A stretch of DNA of 64,000 nt from contig CAJFCJ010000005.1 of NCBI GenBank assembly GCA_904063045.1, positions 3,590,165 to 3,654,164 on the forward strand. The letters run 5' to 3'. The notes below the pieces were generated by a model. That model saw only the letters and a program-made list of their open reading frames with translations. It made no database searches and was not told the DNA's origin. This DNA is from Dimorphilus gyrociliatus (taxonomy: Eukaryota > Animalia > Annelida). The translations under genes were made by a program, and so were the position numbers. Shown piece after piece: positions 24,330-39,300 of the stretch (within the stretch, counting starts at the first letter, position 1; each line of letters begins with the position of its first letter).

Positions 24330-27300
24330 TTACACCTGGGTTTGCTTTGCTGCTGGCAATAACGCTAGATCTGAACGACCTTCGTCGTCGTTATCTTCGT
24401 CAGATAATTGGCTTATACGCTGATCATTATCATTATTATCATCATCACTTACTGCTAAACCATCCGTTGAAACATAGTCGTCGTAGGTTAACGGAGCCAT
24501 CGGTTTTATAGGAAAACCATATTGGAGATCGTCCGAATTCAGCATATCGGTACGAACTTTTAAATCTAAGGTCATATTACGAAATTCATCATCTAAATCA
24601 TCGTCTGTGTCACCCAAAAGTGATTCATCGCAGGCAAAATGACCTTCGGCAAAGCCGCCATCCGTCGCGTAATCATCATCGGTTATCTTATGTTGAAGGA
24701 TTGATCCTTTAGGAGACGGCGGACACGAATCAGGAACAACGCTACCTGATATCTATAAAAGAGTTCAACACGTTATTAGAATATAACTAAATATAAGTAG
24801 CTCTCGTACCTGAGTAATTTGTGGTAAAGGATCCCTAGATCTCGCCCAATCAGAAGTATCCCACGCATAGGCTAAAATCAATTTAACAATTATTAAAATA
24901 TTTTAATATAGTTTAGCGATCATGTGAATGATATTAAAAAGATGCCAAAGATAAATATTTAAATATATGTGAATAAGGGAGAATAAAAGCAAAATATAAT
25001 GAATTTTTAATATTAAAATCGTCTAAACCTAGATAATAAGAAAAGCCAAACTGATGAGGATAAATAAACTAGTCTTACTTAAATAAACTGATATATATAT
25101 TAATATATATGTCAAAAAAGAAATAAATAAGTAGCTATTTAAATAAATCAGCCATGCCGAATTGTAAAAGAATAAGGATAAATGTAAATAAGAGTTAGTA
25201 TTTAAAAAACATTCATTAAAAAGGCCAGGGGGGAAAGGGAGGAAGGTAGGGAGGGAGGGAGGGGTGCGTGATAGTGTAGAATTTGCTCTCTTTATTTTGA
25301 TATTTGTAATAGCTGTTGTTCATTTTTTTTTGGCATGCCTTTCTTACAAACGTATTGTACCTTTATTAGTAGTTGGTACTTTGAAATAGTTTCCTGAAGG
25401 TGCATTGATAAAAAAAGAATTGTTTTGTATGATTAAATTCGTCGTTTATCGAATTGAATATACAAAAAAGAAAGAACTAAACAAACACAAAAAGTAGTTC
25501 CCTTTTGTTCAATTTGTTCTCTCTCTCTTTTTTTTTTAAACGTATTTTAAACTGTTTATAATTTATGAAAACAAAACAAAAAGATACAATAACAATTGGT
25601 TAATGACTTACTTGGTCCTTCAGATTGAACGTCGAATGAACTTTGTCCTCCTGACGATGATAATTCCTTGTTCTGAGCCTTCTTCATGTTCTCATCGTCG
25701 AATGAGATGTTCAAATTGTTCTTATCGACTATCGGATAAGTACCTTTCGCCTGTAATCCCCTGGGCCTCTTTGAGTTACGTTCCTCTATTGCATCGTTAG
25801 AATAATTATTCGCTCGTTCTACCACCCCTAAGGCGTTGGGTACTAGAGTTGAGCCAACGTCTGATGGAGTATAAGACGAAGGCCTTTGTGGAATAGGGGG
25901 AGGTTGGTGGCACACAGTTAATTCTAGGTGATCACATTTGGCAGGATCTAAATCTTCACCAACTTTATTATAAGTGCAACTGCCATTCATCAATTCTCGT
26001 CTTTCACGGGCTTTCGTTTTTCTCTTTTTAATTAGACAGACGAGAGATAAGGCAAAAAGTATGAGGATAATGATAATACCACAGGCAATCAAGACTTGCC
26101 AAATTCTAAATTCGCCCTTTGCCGATATAACATCTGAAATGACTTTTTCGCAAGCCCGCCCAGTGGTATTTGGGGGACATAAGCATTTATAATTACTCTC
26201 CTCCGGTATGGGTTTGCAAATGCCACCGTTAGAACAGTACGACGATTGACAAAGACTCGCTGAAGATATTCCGCAACCCGCTTGAACATTCGAGAACATT
26301 GCTATACTGGGATGTAGAGGTTGGGAATTCATTACAATATGTCGAAGGCAACCCTCAAAACCCGATTTTACTGTGCCTCGTCGTAATTGAGCGCCGAATA
26401 TAATTGTTTCGGCTTCGAGGTTTACGTCATTCCTTAATACCCCAGCTTTTCCTCTAGATTTATATTTGTTATCGATAATAATCTCGGCGGAACAATCTTG
26501 ATTTCTCCTTACAATAACACTATGCCACCATCCGTCACTAATAGGCTGCTGCTGTATTCTAATAATATTTCTACCGCTTCCACAATCCCAACGATATTGT
26601 ATACAACCATCGGATATTTCAATAATACTAGAATAAAGCTTTGTACCGGAAGTATGCATTATCGGTCCTTTTGTTGCCAGAGTTCGTAATTCTAAAGATA
26701 GAATCATTTCTTGTTCAATAGACTTAGCAACCTTCCATTCGACGTAACTGTTTCCGGTGAAAGATAAAACTTGTTCTGTAAGGAGAAAATAAAAGAGATT
26801 AAAGTTAAACTTTGCCCTGAGCAATAATAGTTAAATTTTTAAATAGAAGGAATAACGAACCTTCATCTTGATCTTTAACACCCTGACAATTAAATCCTTG
26901 CGGGCACACACAAGAATATTCTCCATCAATTTTTTTACATTCTTCCGGTGCTCTGCATTTTATACACTCTCTTGCGTCCTCTTTACAAGATGGTCCACGA
27001 AAACCGATTGGACAATCGCATTTCGATACCATCTTTAAGCCTGGTGAAACGAAACTTTCTTGTTCTGTTATATACCGATTCAATTGAGGTGCAATTTCAA
27101 CTTCAGTTAGGCATTTATAAGGTTCGCATTTGGCTTTTTTGCATTCGTCTATCTTAATATTAACGATCCTTAAATTTCTGGAATCTCTTTCAATTTGAGC
27201 TTTAAAATTTAATAGATTCTCTCTAAGAATAACATTATTAACGTATCTTTCATCAGGCCTTATTGAATTTTTATCCGAGTGTTTAACAGCCAAAAACAAT

Positions 27301-30300
27301 AGCAAATCCGTGGGAACTGATCTTCTTTTTCTCTTTTCAATCACTTCCTCATCAAGAATAACATGATGAGCTTCCTCCATTCCCAATAATAATAATTGTT
27401 TATTAGATTCCGGTGGAGCAACAATACTGCTGACAACTTTCATAAAAGTTTCCTTATATTTGGCGTGGAGGAAATCGCTTGGAAGCATATCGCTTATATG
27501 TACAATAACAGAATTTTTAACGGCTTTTCTGGATATTTTCTTTACATTTATATAAACCATTGAATAGCTGACGTGTTTTGTGTCAGCAACACTTGTGTTT
27601 ACGGCGTATTCTCCCGGATCTAAAGGTTTCAAGGAGTGTAGAGTTCCGTCCTCAATGTCAACTTTAAAATACTTATTGTACGAATGAATAGAGAATCTCA
27701 GCATATTAGCGTCATATGGATCTTTATCATAAGCTCTTAATCGTCCCACTGGGCCAGGTTGAGCAGTCTCTCCAGATATTCTTAAAGTAGCGTTGAAGCC
27801 ATACAATTTTGGAGGATTTCGCCCTTCTTTTACAACCTTAACATTGACTATAGCCGTTGAATGTAAATTCCCTTGATCAAACGCTTTCACCTTAAAGGAA
27901 AATTGTTCATGAGGACGAAAGATGTCGGTAGTTGTTATCCAGCCAGTTTTAGAATCTACACGAAACTTTTTCTCACCACCATATAAAAGGCTGTAACGGA
28001 AGGGGCCAGCATGTCCTTCTCCATCGGGATCAGTTGCCGATACTTTAACAATACTATAGCCAACTTCGCTGCTTTCCTATTGAATGAAACGAGTGGATTA
28101 AGCTCTATTCATCTTATAAAAACAACAAGCACTTAATTAAAGAAATAACTTAAAAAAGGACCAAAATAATTAATTAAATAATAATAATAAACATGCTAGA
28201 AATACACGGATGTGGATTGTTTGGTGTTTTACCCTAAAAAAAAATAATTAAAGGATTAAGGTGCGACGTTAAACTCACAATAGACGGTAATCCGCCTTCA
28301 TTAACCTTATTGTAGCACGTTTCAATGGTTAGTAAAGGATATTCGATTAGTTTATTAATGTTATTTCGTAACAGGAAAAGTTTAACTTGAGAAAGCTGAT
28401 AAGAATCTTACCTGGACAACAGTTTCATATATACTCTTTGTAAATGTAGGGGTGTTATCATTTATATCATCGACAACTATTTGAACGGAAATTGTAGAAG
28501 ATAAACGAGGTTTCCCAAAGTCTTTCGCTTCAACTTTCAGATCGTATTGCGTGACCTTTTCTCTATCGATAACCTCGACTGCTTTCAATTCGCCAGACCG
28601 TTCGTCGATGATAAAATGGTGTTCAGGTTGACACTCTTTCAATGAATATTCAATTCTTCCATTATCCCCGCTGTCAATGTCCTTGGCACTTACTCTAAGT
28701 ATAGTCTTTCCCCTCGCCTCTTCCTCACGTACGTGCTTCTGAAATAGAAAATTAAATTCGTTCATTCAATCGTTATTGATGACTTGGCAAATTGAAAGCC
28801 TTACGATTATCGGAATATTAGTCCCAAAATATGGAGCATTATCGTTCTTATCAGTAACAATTATCTTTAGTTGAGTATTTGAACTTAAGGGCGGTACCCC
28901 AGAATCGACAGCCTGAATTAGTAAAGAGTATTCCTTCTGCTTCTCGTAATCTAATTCCTTAGATAATAAGATTGTACCCTCTTTGCGATCGATAGTAAAA
29001 ACTCCATCAGTATTTCCTCTGATAATTTCATAAGATAATTGAGCGTTAATTCCAACATCCAAACTAGTGGCTTGGATTTTAAGAACATTAGATTTTATTG
29101 GAAGATCTTCAGCCAATTCAATAGAGTATAGCTCTCTTTCCCATATCGGAGGATTATCGTTAACATCTAAAACGACCACGTTAACCGTTGCGTAGTTGGA
29201 ATGGGAATCAACCTAAATAATCAGATATGTTCAGATAAAAAAAAAAAGAAAACCATTGGATAAATTGAATTTGTTATTTCGCTTACATCGTCATTCGCTA
29301 CAACTTGAAATGTATATTTAGCTTTCTTTTCTCTATCAAGACTTTCTAATAGAGTTATTATACCCTTTTCTCTATCAATTGCAAATTTGTTACTCGAATC
29401 AGAAATTTGATAAGTTATCAGCTGGTTTGCATCTGCAAAAGAATTTATCGTTTAAATAATTTATTTCCGAAGAAAATAACCTAAATTAAGAAAGAAAAAT
29501 ACCTAAATCTGGGTCAAATGCCCATACTCGTCCTACTACTCCATTATTAATTCCTTCTCGAATTTGAAAGTTATAAGTATCTCTTTCGAATTTTGGAGGA
29601 TTATCATTGACATTCTTTATTTCGATTAATAATCGAGTTTCACAATATCTTCCACCAAAATCTTTAGCTTTGGCTGTTAAATTATAGTAAGGATGTACTT
29701 CATAATCGAGTTTAGCTTTGGTCACTATTTGTCCGTTCTTTGCTCCGATAGAAAAGTCATAATGTCTTTCGCCCGAAAGCGAATAAGATATTTGTCCATT
29801 CTTCTCTATGTCAGGATCGTGCGCTTTTATCGTATATACCATTGTATCAATATTTACATCTTCGTGAATTGCAGCATGAGCTTGTTTCTATAATACGTAA
29901 ACGAAAACATATTAGTTATGTTTATATAGCGTTTTTAAATTTGAAAACTCACCTCTTCGCATCTTGGATCATTGTCGTTAATGTCATTGACTTTAATTTT
30001 AACAGTTGCGGTCGTAGTGTACAAAGAGTCCGTGGCTAGAATTTCTAATGTGTACTCTGATGTTCTTTCACGATCTAATTCCTTGTTTATAGTTAACTTT
30101 CCACTTCTATCAAGTTTAAATTTAGACTCTTCATTACCCGAAAGAATGTAATGAGATACGCTTCCATCTTCATCTGTTTTTAGAAAATGGAAAACATCAT
30201 TCGAATTTCGCTCATATAAATGTTTATTTAAGAAGGGAGAAAAAGACGTTTTTCTACCTTTTCTACATACCTAAATCTACTGCTTGAAGTATTAACACTT

Positions 30301-33300
30301 CTTGTCCAATAGCTGCATCTTCATATATACTATGTTTGTATAGATCATTTTCAAACTTTGGCCGTTCATCATTAAGGTTGTTAACCTTAATTGTAACTGT
30401 CATTGTTGATGCCAGAGGAGGACTTCCCAAATCGGAAGCAACCACTGCCAATTTGTACTCTGTTACCTTTTCGTAGTCTAACACCGCTGCCGTATGTATT
30501 TGACCAGAAGTTCCATCTATAGAAAATTCATTCGGAAAGTTGGCTAAAGTATAAACTATAGTTCCGTTCGGTCCATAATCTGGGTCAAAAGCAGAAAGCC
30601 GTGACACCGGTGTTCCAATATTTTCATTTTCATTCACTACCACTTCATTAACTAAGGGTTCGAATTCCGGTGAATTATCGTTCATGTCGAGCAAATTAAT
30701 GAAAATTGAACAATGCTCCACAATGGGTGGAGTAGCACCGGTTTCACCGCGAATTGTTATTTCGTATTGCTCTACTTCTTCTCTATCGACTCTTTTAAAA
30801 ACTGTTAATTTACCATGGTCGTTGATAGCGAATTGGTCGGCTCCGGTTCTCTTTGAATTTCCCGGCACTATTGATAATTTATTACCACTATTGATCGTTC
30901 GAATTTCAGTGACAAAGCTGCCGATGTTGGAATCTTCTCTTATTGACAACGTTTTATCACAAATTCCTAGATCGAATCCCGGTACTGTTTCAGTAATACC
31001 TCTGACATATATTTCAACGGGAACTTGATTCTTTAAATCCGAGTGTAGACTGTGCTCGACAACAGCAAAGAATTGAAAGAGTTTTGTAGCTATATTTTTT
31101 TTGGGATAAAAGAAAAATATTTCTTAAAAGAGTTCTAAAGGAATTATGATTAGATGGAAAACATCAATAGCATGATGTATTATTCTACTCACCGTGACTA
31201 GAATCTAGATCAACAGTCAATGATATCAGACCAGTCGAGTCTATGGCAAAGAGATTATGTATTATCTTATTTTCGCTTAGAAGCGAGTATTTGACAGGAA
31301 AATCTTGCTCAATTCTCAATTGAACGACGTGAGTTCCGAGCAGGTTGCCTACAATAAGGTTAGCTCGATATTCTTTCATGATGAATGAAGGGGTTAAATC
31401 TTCCCGACCAATTACGTTTATTCTAACGAGACATTTGCTTTCTCTACCTCCTCCGTCCGTGGCCTTTACGGACAATTCAATGGGACTTATGGAGGGGTCG
31501 AGCTCTCCCAAAACGCTTAATTTACCAGTTCTCTTTCTTATATTGAACGATTTACAATAGTCCTCACACTCCAAAGTATATTTTACTTTGCCCATTTTCC
31601 CATCGTCCGCATCATTAGCCTGAATACTAACATTCAAAATTCTCACGTCTCTTCCCTCACTATTCTCGAGTGAAGTTTCGTAAACATTCTTTGTGAATAT
31701 TGGTAAATATCTGTTCCGCTTATTGACCTTAATGTTAAGTACGGCAAACTCAGTGAAAATACCATCCGTAACCGTCACATTTAACACGTATAAACTATTT
31801 TTAATTTGTTTCCTACTGACTGCATCAGCCATTGTAATTATACCAGTTTTGGAATCAATTCGAAATAGATTTTCTTGATTGCCGTTGATGAACGAATAGC
31901 GCAGTTTTCCCAAGTCGCTAATGTCGTTATCGGTTGCATAGATGACAGAGACGAAAGTCTTTGGACTAATATCATCATATATTTCCACCTTTAAACTATC
32001 CGATTGTATAGTTGGGCTGTTGTCATTGACATCTTCAATTTGAATAATAATATCAGCTTCAGAATAGAGAGACGGAACTCCAGAATCTGAGACTCTTACT
32101 GTAGCCTGTATTCGGCTAATTGATTCTCTATCGACGCTCTCGATTAAATAAATCGCCCCAGTTTCAACATCAATTCGCAAGTATTCATTTTCTTCGGGAA
32201 CGAAATAGTACTTCAGCTTGGCATTTTGTTTGGAATCTTTATCAGTGGCAGATATGTTAAGTAAGAGCGAATTGATGCTCGTTCTTTCCGATATAGAAGT
32301 TTGATATTCAGATAAGCTTAGCACAGGAGCGTTATCATTTGCATCCTATTAAAGAGAAGAAAAGTATTATATCGTGACATAATAAATATTTTTGTTTATG
32401 TTTTTGACTTACTTCAACAAATATTTGAAGTGAAGCTTCATGGTATGACTTGGTCGGAATTTCAGTAACTCTTATTATTAATTTATAAAATCTATAATTC
32501 TCGTTGTCGTAGTCCAAAGGTCGTTTTACTTTAATAGAACCTATAAAAGTGACAGAAAATCGATATTTTAAACCTCAATATTTTATATAAATAATAATAA
32601 TATAAGACTTTATGTGAATTTAATTATTAGGAGATTAAGTAAATGAAAAAAATTGTCTTTTTTTATCCATAAAATATTGTCATATTTGCGTGCATATACA
32701 ACTTTTAAAGAGAAGTTAAGCAAAGCAAAATAATAGCAGAAAATAACAACTTAACGCGGGTAAATAATCACAACTTCATTAAATATAAAAGGAAGGCATT
32801 ATATTTTATACTGTATATTTTAATATATATACAGACTTTGATTGTTATAAATAAATGGAAGGAAGTGAAGGAATAGGAATAATTATCATGTTAATGGGGA
32901 ATTAATTAAGCAGTTAATTATCTGATGAGTATAATTTATTTGTTATACTTACAGATTTTCGAATGTTCATTATCTAATCACACCATATCACAATTATAAA
33001 TAATAACTTATTTTTTGCACTATTATTGCTTTCTTTTAATTACTAATATTATGCTTTTCCTTATTATTATTCATAATTATTTTTAATAACTAGAAACAGT
33101 AACTAAATCTAAATTAAAATAATCTGTTAATTCTCTACTATTCGTATAGTTTTTCTATGTGTTTCTCTCTTTTTTTTCTGTCTCTCTCTCTCTCTCTTTT
33201 TCGTCAAAATATTAAAATACAATCAATCGTTCTAAATCAATAAATATAAAAAAAATAAAATAGAATCTACTAAATAAACTAGGAAATGAGAGTACAAAAT

Positions 33301-36300
33301 ATATATAAAAAAAAATACAATCAGAAAGAGAGAAAGCATACCAAAATCTAAAAATATATAAATTAGTTTTATAGATAGAGGAAACGTGACTCACCAATGT
33401 TGTAATCAACTTCGAATTCATCGAATTCGTCACCATGTACAATCGAATAGGATAAAATGTTTCCCGTCTTGCTTTCAGCTTCTACTGTTGTTACGACTGA
33501 TCCAATTTCCGCGTCCTCACTAATTTTACCAACGTAATGCGTTTGTTTAAACGACGGTGAAACGTCGTTAATTACTTTCATTACTAATGTCGCTTCCGAT
33601 TGTAAATATTTGGTAGCTGCAAACATAATTAAGATGTTTACTTATTGACTATCTCCGTTGAAGTAGTTATTGATGAGCTCAGTCTAACATTTAAATTGAT
33701 CGGTTCTTACCTGAGTCTCTAGCCCTTACAGTCATACGGAATTCTCGCCCAACGTCGTTTTCGCTTAACTTCTGACTTAGTTTGACCTTTCCCGATTTTG
33801 AACTAATACTAAAGTAATCCCTTTCTCCCGAATATTCAAAATCGAGATCATATTTAATGACACCATTGACACCGATGTCCTTATCGACCGCTGACACCTG
33901 TTATTGTTTAATCAACGCATAATTAAGGGATATAGTTACTCAATTTAAACAATACCTGGAAGCACTTTCTTCCGACTCCTAGGTTGTAGTTTACAAAACC
34001 TATGTAAGGTTGTCTAACAAAAAGTGGTGAATGGTCGTTTATATCCTCAATAGTAACATTTACGAAAACTAGAGCAGAATTTTCCGATTTGGTCAAGTCG
34101 TGCGCTTCTATAGCTAAAAAGTAATGAGATTGTTCTTCTCTGTCAAACGGAAGACCATTGGTAACTACCATGCCAGAATATGGTCTGACAGAAAAGAGAT
34201 TCTTGTAATTAATCAGTCTGAAACGAAGGGGAATATCCGATTGATGGTTTGCCGGAAAAATTGTTGCTAATTCAACGGCTTGCCGCGATTCCTCAACAAC
34301 CTTCGCCTCATAATTCTGGAACATTAGAGTTGAGCTTTTAGATTGTTTCAAGTGCACTTTTACTGTCGACCAGTCAGTGAAAATCTGGTCTGACACAACA
34401 GGGGTAAGTATAACTTTATCTGGTTGGCTTAGGTGTTTAACGATTGTAATCTCGCCAGTTATTGGGTTAATTTCAAAGCCGTCTACCTTATTCTTTAATG
34501 AAAAGGTTAGCTTGGATGTTTCATCTTCATCTGTCGCACTAACAGTAATTACGTGAACTCCCGGGTAGGTTGGAAGAAGTATAGTGGTTTCGTATCTGTT
34601 GTTTTCAAACTGTGGATGAGTATCTTCTACGTCTTCTATGTCAATTATTATTGTGGCATCTTCGTGTGCAAGTAATTTTCTGGTTGGGCTTTTATCGTTT
34701 ACTCGTGCGGTAAAGGTGAATCTACTTTGTTTTTCACGGTCTATTAACCCATTAACTAAAACTGCCCCAGTCACTTCATTTATAGTAAAGTTTTGCTTAA
34801 CATGCGACTCTATTAAGCTATATTCTACTTGACCATTCAACCCACTGTCTTTATCAAAAGCTTTTAGTGTCAGTAGACTTCCATCTTCCGCTATAATAGC
34901 GGTTCCGACACGAGAATTTTCCCTAACTCTACCCTTCCATAGTAATTGAGACCAAACGGGACGATTATCATTTACGTCAATCACTCGGACAGTCACGAAC
35001 ACGTTTACACCCTTCAATGCCAAATTCATAACCCGAATTGTCAGATTATGCAACCGCTCTGCCTCGTAATCAAGGGGCTCTGTCGTTAAAATTGTTCCGG
35101 TTGTTGGATCGATGACAAATCTTCCTAAGGCATTTCCAGCTAAAATCTCGTATGATACTGATACCCTATTCAATAATTGAAGAGTAATAATCGGATAATC
35201 TGCTTCTCTATTCTCTTCAATATCAGCGTAAAAATTTCTCTGAGAAAATTTAGGCAATTCATATTCAGAAGAAGAAAGGCTTATTGCAACATTTGCTCTA
35301 TCAAAATGCTTCTTATCTGAAGCCTGGACAGACAGGTGGAACGTTTTTCGTTTAATATTAGCCAGATTTGTGTTTGCGAATATGCTACCATCGGACTCAT
35401 CAATTCTCCAACAATTTCCAGTATTACCTGCAATAGATGGCGTTACTTGTAAATTCAATAGAGTGATAAAGAAAAGTAAACGGAAAGGAAAAATGCTCTA
35501 AGGTTAATCCAAATTCCAGACGAACGCTTCAACAAAGAGACTTAAGACTCTATTCATTCTCAACTCGTTGAATATATTACAGACAAGAAGAAAAAAACCT
35601 GCGGCCAATTCAAACAACCTCCAAAAATTGCCGATTACGGTAAACAGAATTCTTCAAGTGTGCGTATTATTGACCGTGCAGCTATTGTCCAGTAAAAGGA
35701 ACGCGTGCCCTATTTAAATTTTGCATTGTTTGGGTAGCTGAGGGACAGCTAGGTGGAAAGGAAGGGAGGCGACGAGGGAGATTTTCAAATGGAAAACACA
35801 AAATCATAAAGGAGGCTTATGTCTACTAAGTGCCTCAGCTAAAAAGAGTGTAGTTCGTGTCATAGTTGAATTTTATCAGATAAACCTTAAAAATTCATAT
35901 AAAAGAGAGTACGAGTACGATAGGCAGACGATCGGTGGGTAAAATAGATTAAGATTCTGCAGGTGTTGTAAAGTTCAATCTATTTTTCTCCCCACCCTTT
36001 TCCCCTTTCAGCCTCATTGTATAAATAAAGGAGCATTTTTCTGAAGAACGTAATTACAGGTGGGAGCGTCATATTCCCCGTACAACATTTTAATAGTACT
36101 TATTGGAGCGTTCACCCGAAAAACGAGTTGTGTCGGTAAATCCAACGCAAATACGAGCAACATAAGAACCGAGATAAAAGTCATAAATCATATCTGAGAA
36201 CTGACCGCCAGATTCCAACAAAAAGCAATCTGTGAGCAAACAAGACGAAACTCGAAGCTCTTGCCAGAAATTGACATCATATGTATAGGGAAACACCTGC

Positions 36301-39300
36301 TTTACTATATTATAATTCACTTATAGTAGATCGTTATAATTAGCTACGTTTTCCATCGACTACTAATTACCCGATTTATATACAAATCCGGCAACATTCA
36401 AAAGAAAAAATTATAGCTAAATAATTACCGCCAACAATCGAATATCTCACTTGTCCCGCCTCTCCTTTATCGGGGTCTCTAGCAGTTACCTATCAGAATA
36501 AAAACGTCAACAATGAAGATTTAGGGGCCTTCGAATAATTGTCCTTACCTGTAGTACTTTAGATCCGAAACTTGTTGACGGTGAAATATTAATCGAATAT
36601 TTACTACCAATAAATTTCGGTTTGTGGTCATTTTCATTTTTCACTTTTATTAAAATCCGACTAAGAACTTCGTGTTTACCGTCGGAGACACTTATAACAA
36701 GTTCATGTTCAGTTTGTACTTCGTGATCCAAGCGCTTTTTGAGCCTTAGTACTCCTGTTTAATAAATAATTAAAAGCTGATTAATATATTTCATTGGTAC
36801 AATCGTTTAATCTTTCCTTTTTGATACATACAACGAAAAGAGTATTATAGGAAAAGGATAATTTGTGGGAAAAAAAAAACATATAGTGCGTGTTTATTAC
36901 CGTAATATTAAGCGAGTATTATGTGTAAAAGACATACTGTATCGTATGTAGTTTTTATAGATATACACAACTATATATAAATATATTGTAGGTATATTTT
37001 ATATATACAGCACAATATATTAAAATATCTTTACATATGTATATCTATATAGGTTTTATCATTTTTATGTAACACATATAATACAGTAATAAAATATCAA
37101 TGAATAAACTTGGAGAAAGAAAATAATTAACGTTATAAAAAGCTATACAATAAGGATACCTTTACACTTATGAACGCCATCTGCAATGGTATAAGGAAAA
37201 AAAGGAGATTACTTCATGTTTGTCTACTATCTGCGAGTTAATAACTATTGTTTATTTAATCGATGTGGTTTTAATCGATTATTTTCTTATAGACGGTATA
37301 TATACAAGTATATTTGTATCGTATATTTATATACACATACTCAGGTCCATACATTTTTACTTTTATATATCTGTCTCTGCTATCTGTATAAATACTCGAA
37401 AATATATAAGTATAAATATATTTTTTAGAATGAAACCTATACTCTATTTTTAGTTATTGAGTATACTAGAACATGTGCGCGCGTATTTTTATTACACCCG
37501 TTTGTTTGTCGTAAATCCAGCTAGATAATAGCACAGGGGCGGCAACTTGTGCTATTGACTTAATTGTTTTTAGCGAAACTGAGAATTCGAACTAACCTGT
37601 CCTCGAATCAATCCCAAATGTACTTAAACTAGAAGTCGTAGAGGCGAACTTTATGATAAAGTCTAGTTGATCTCCATCCGGATCGGAAGCCGATAATTCG
37701 TACAATTCTTCATCGATCTTCGCGTATTCGCTTGCAAACACTTCGTGAACTTTATACGATTCGATGATAGGATATTCGTCGTTGACATTCTCCACCTCGA
37801 CCTTGAACTGTATAAACGATTTAAAACAATATGTAAATATGAGGATAAACGAATAAAAAAATAAACAAATAAATAATTTGAGTGTTTTGTAAAGTGAATA
37901 GTCATGTCTTGATTGGATTAAAAACTCTCTAAAAGATCGAACGGCTCCTTTCAGCTAATAAGACTTGTACGCTTGGCGACAAGATCAATTTACGCACGTT
38001 TTATCACTCATTGGCTTTTTTCTAGCAAAGGAAACTCACCCAGGCAACTACTTTCTTGTGAGCATCAGTGACCAATACAGTAACATTATATACTTTCTTC
38101 TTTTCATAATCCAGCTTAGTAGAAAGCTGAACAATGGGAGCTTCGCTATCCGTTATCACAAAATCATTATTATCCTCATTAGATGCTATATGAATAGGTG
38201 AAAGGAAAAGAACAAACGTTAAAAAGAGGTTAGAATAATGCAAAAGAAATGCCGGATAACGTACAATCTAAAAAGTATCTGACGCACTCCACGTTAGACG
38301 GTTCAATGGATATTTTTATAACTTCCTCTTTCACATCAGTATCTTCAGATACTCGAAACGTATGCCCAGAATTTTTAATAACGAAGTCTTTTTTCTCAGC
38401 ACACTCGATGACATTTAAATGAATCTTGGATTCACTGATCAACTTTCCATTTGAAGCAATTGCAAAGAAATTGGTTGAGAGCCGTAATAGAGTCTTCCTA
38501 GCATAAATCCAACCGTATTCCGAGTCAACGTATATGATGTTCTTTAATTGACTTGAGACGTTTCGCAAAGAGTAAATGATACGACCATTATTTCCGGAGT
38601 CCGGGTCAAAGGCAGTAGCTTTATAGAATGCTTTTTCAAGCGGTAAACCTTCTTGAGGTAAATGTAAGGCAATCGTATCGGAAAAAAATTGAGGAGAATT
38701 ATCATTTTCATCGGTAATTTCTACCTCGACAATTGTTATCGAGTACAGTTCAGGAGTTCCATTGTCGCTTATCTTCACCTGTACGAATAAGAATGCAACA
38801 ACAATTATATGTGCGCATATACTAAATAGCATTTCAAAGATAAATTTTCAAGCCCTAGTAATCTTTTCCGGCACCTAGATTTTTCTATCAACGGTTAAAA
38901 GAGGCGTAGGAGTCTTTTATATATATGAAAGCCTAATATAGAAAAATCAGTGCAAAAGAAACTTGGGGAAAAAGAGAAGCTTTAGGCTACATAGAGACTG
39001 TTAGCTTAGAAAAGTGAAACGTTGCAGTTCCCCTATGTCGCAGTTAAATTAGTGATGTGAGGATGACGATTAGAAAATGAGAAAAAAAAGAAAGCAAGGG
39101 GAGATGTAGATAGTGTCTGCCTAACGGCAACGAAATTTATTTCCGTCTAACTTCGTGGGGAGCAACCTTGAATTCTGTAGAGATTTTTATGGGTGACACG
39201 CTAGAGTAAGTGGGATGGAACCGTCCTACAGGAGCACCTGACCTTAGTTAGATATCTCCCAGCTGGGGGGGAAATTAGGTAAATGAAGCTGCAACTGTCA

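Noticed and set aside
36090-36320. Possible nested gene or extra Fat exon in the 1-kb intron
   Set aside because: It has no cadherin motifs and no convincing splice sites, and the flanking Fat exons already join in phase.
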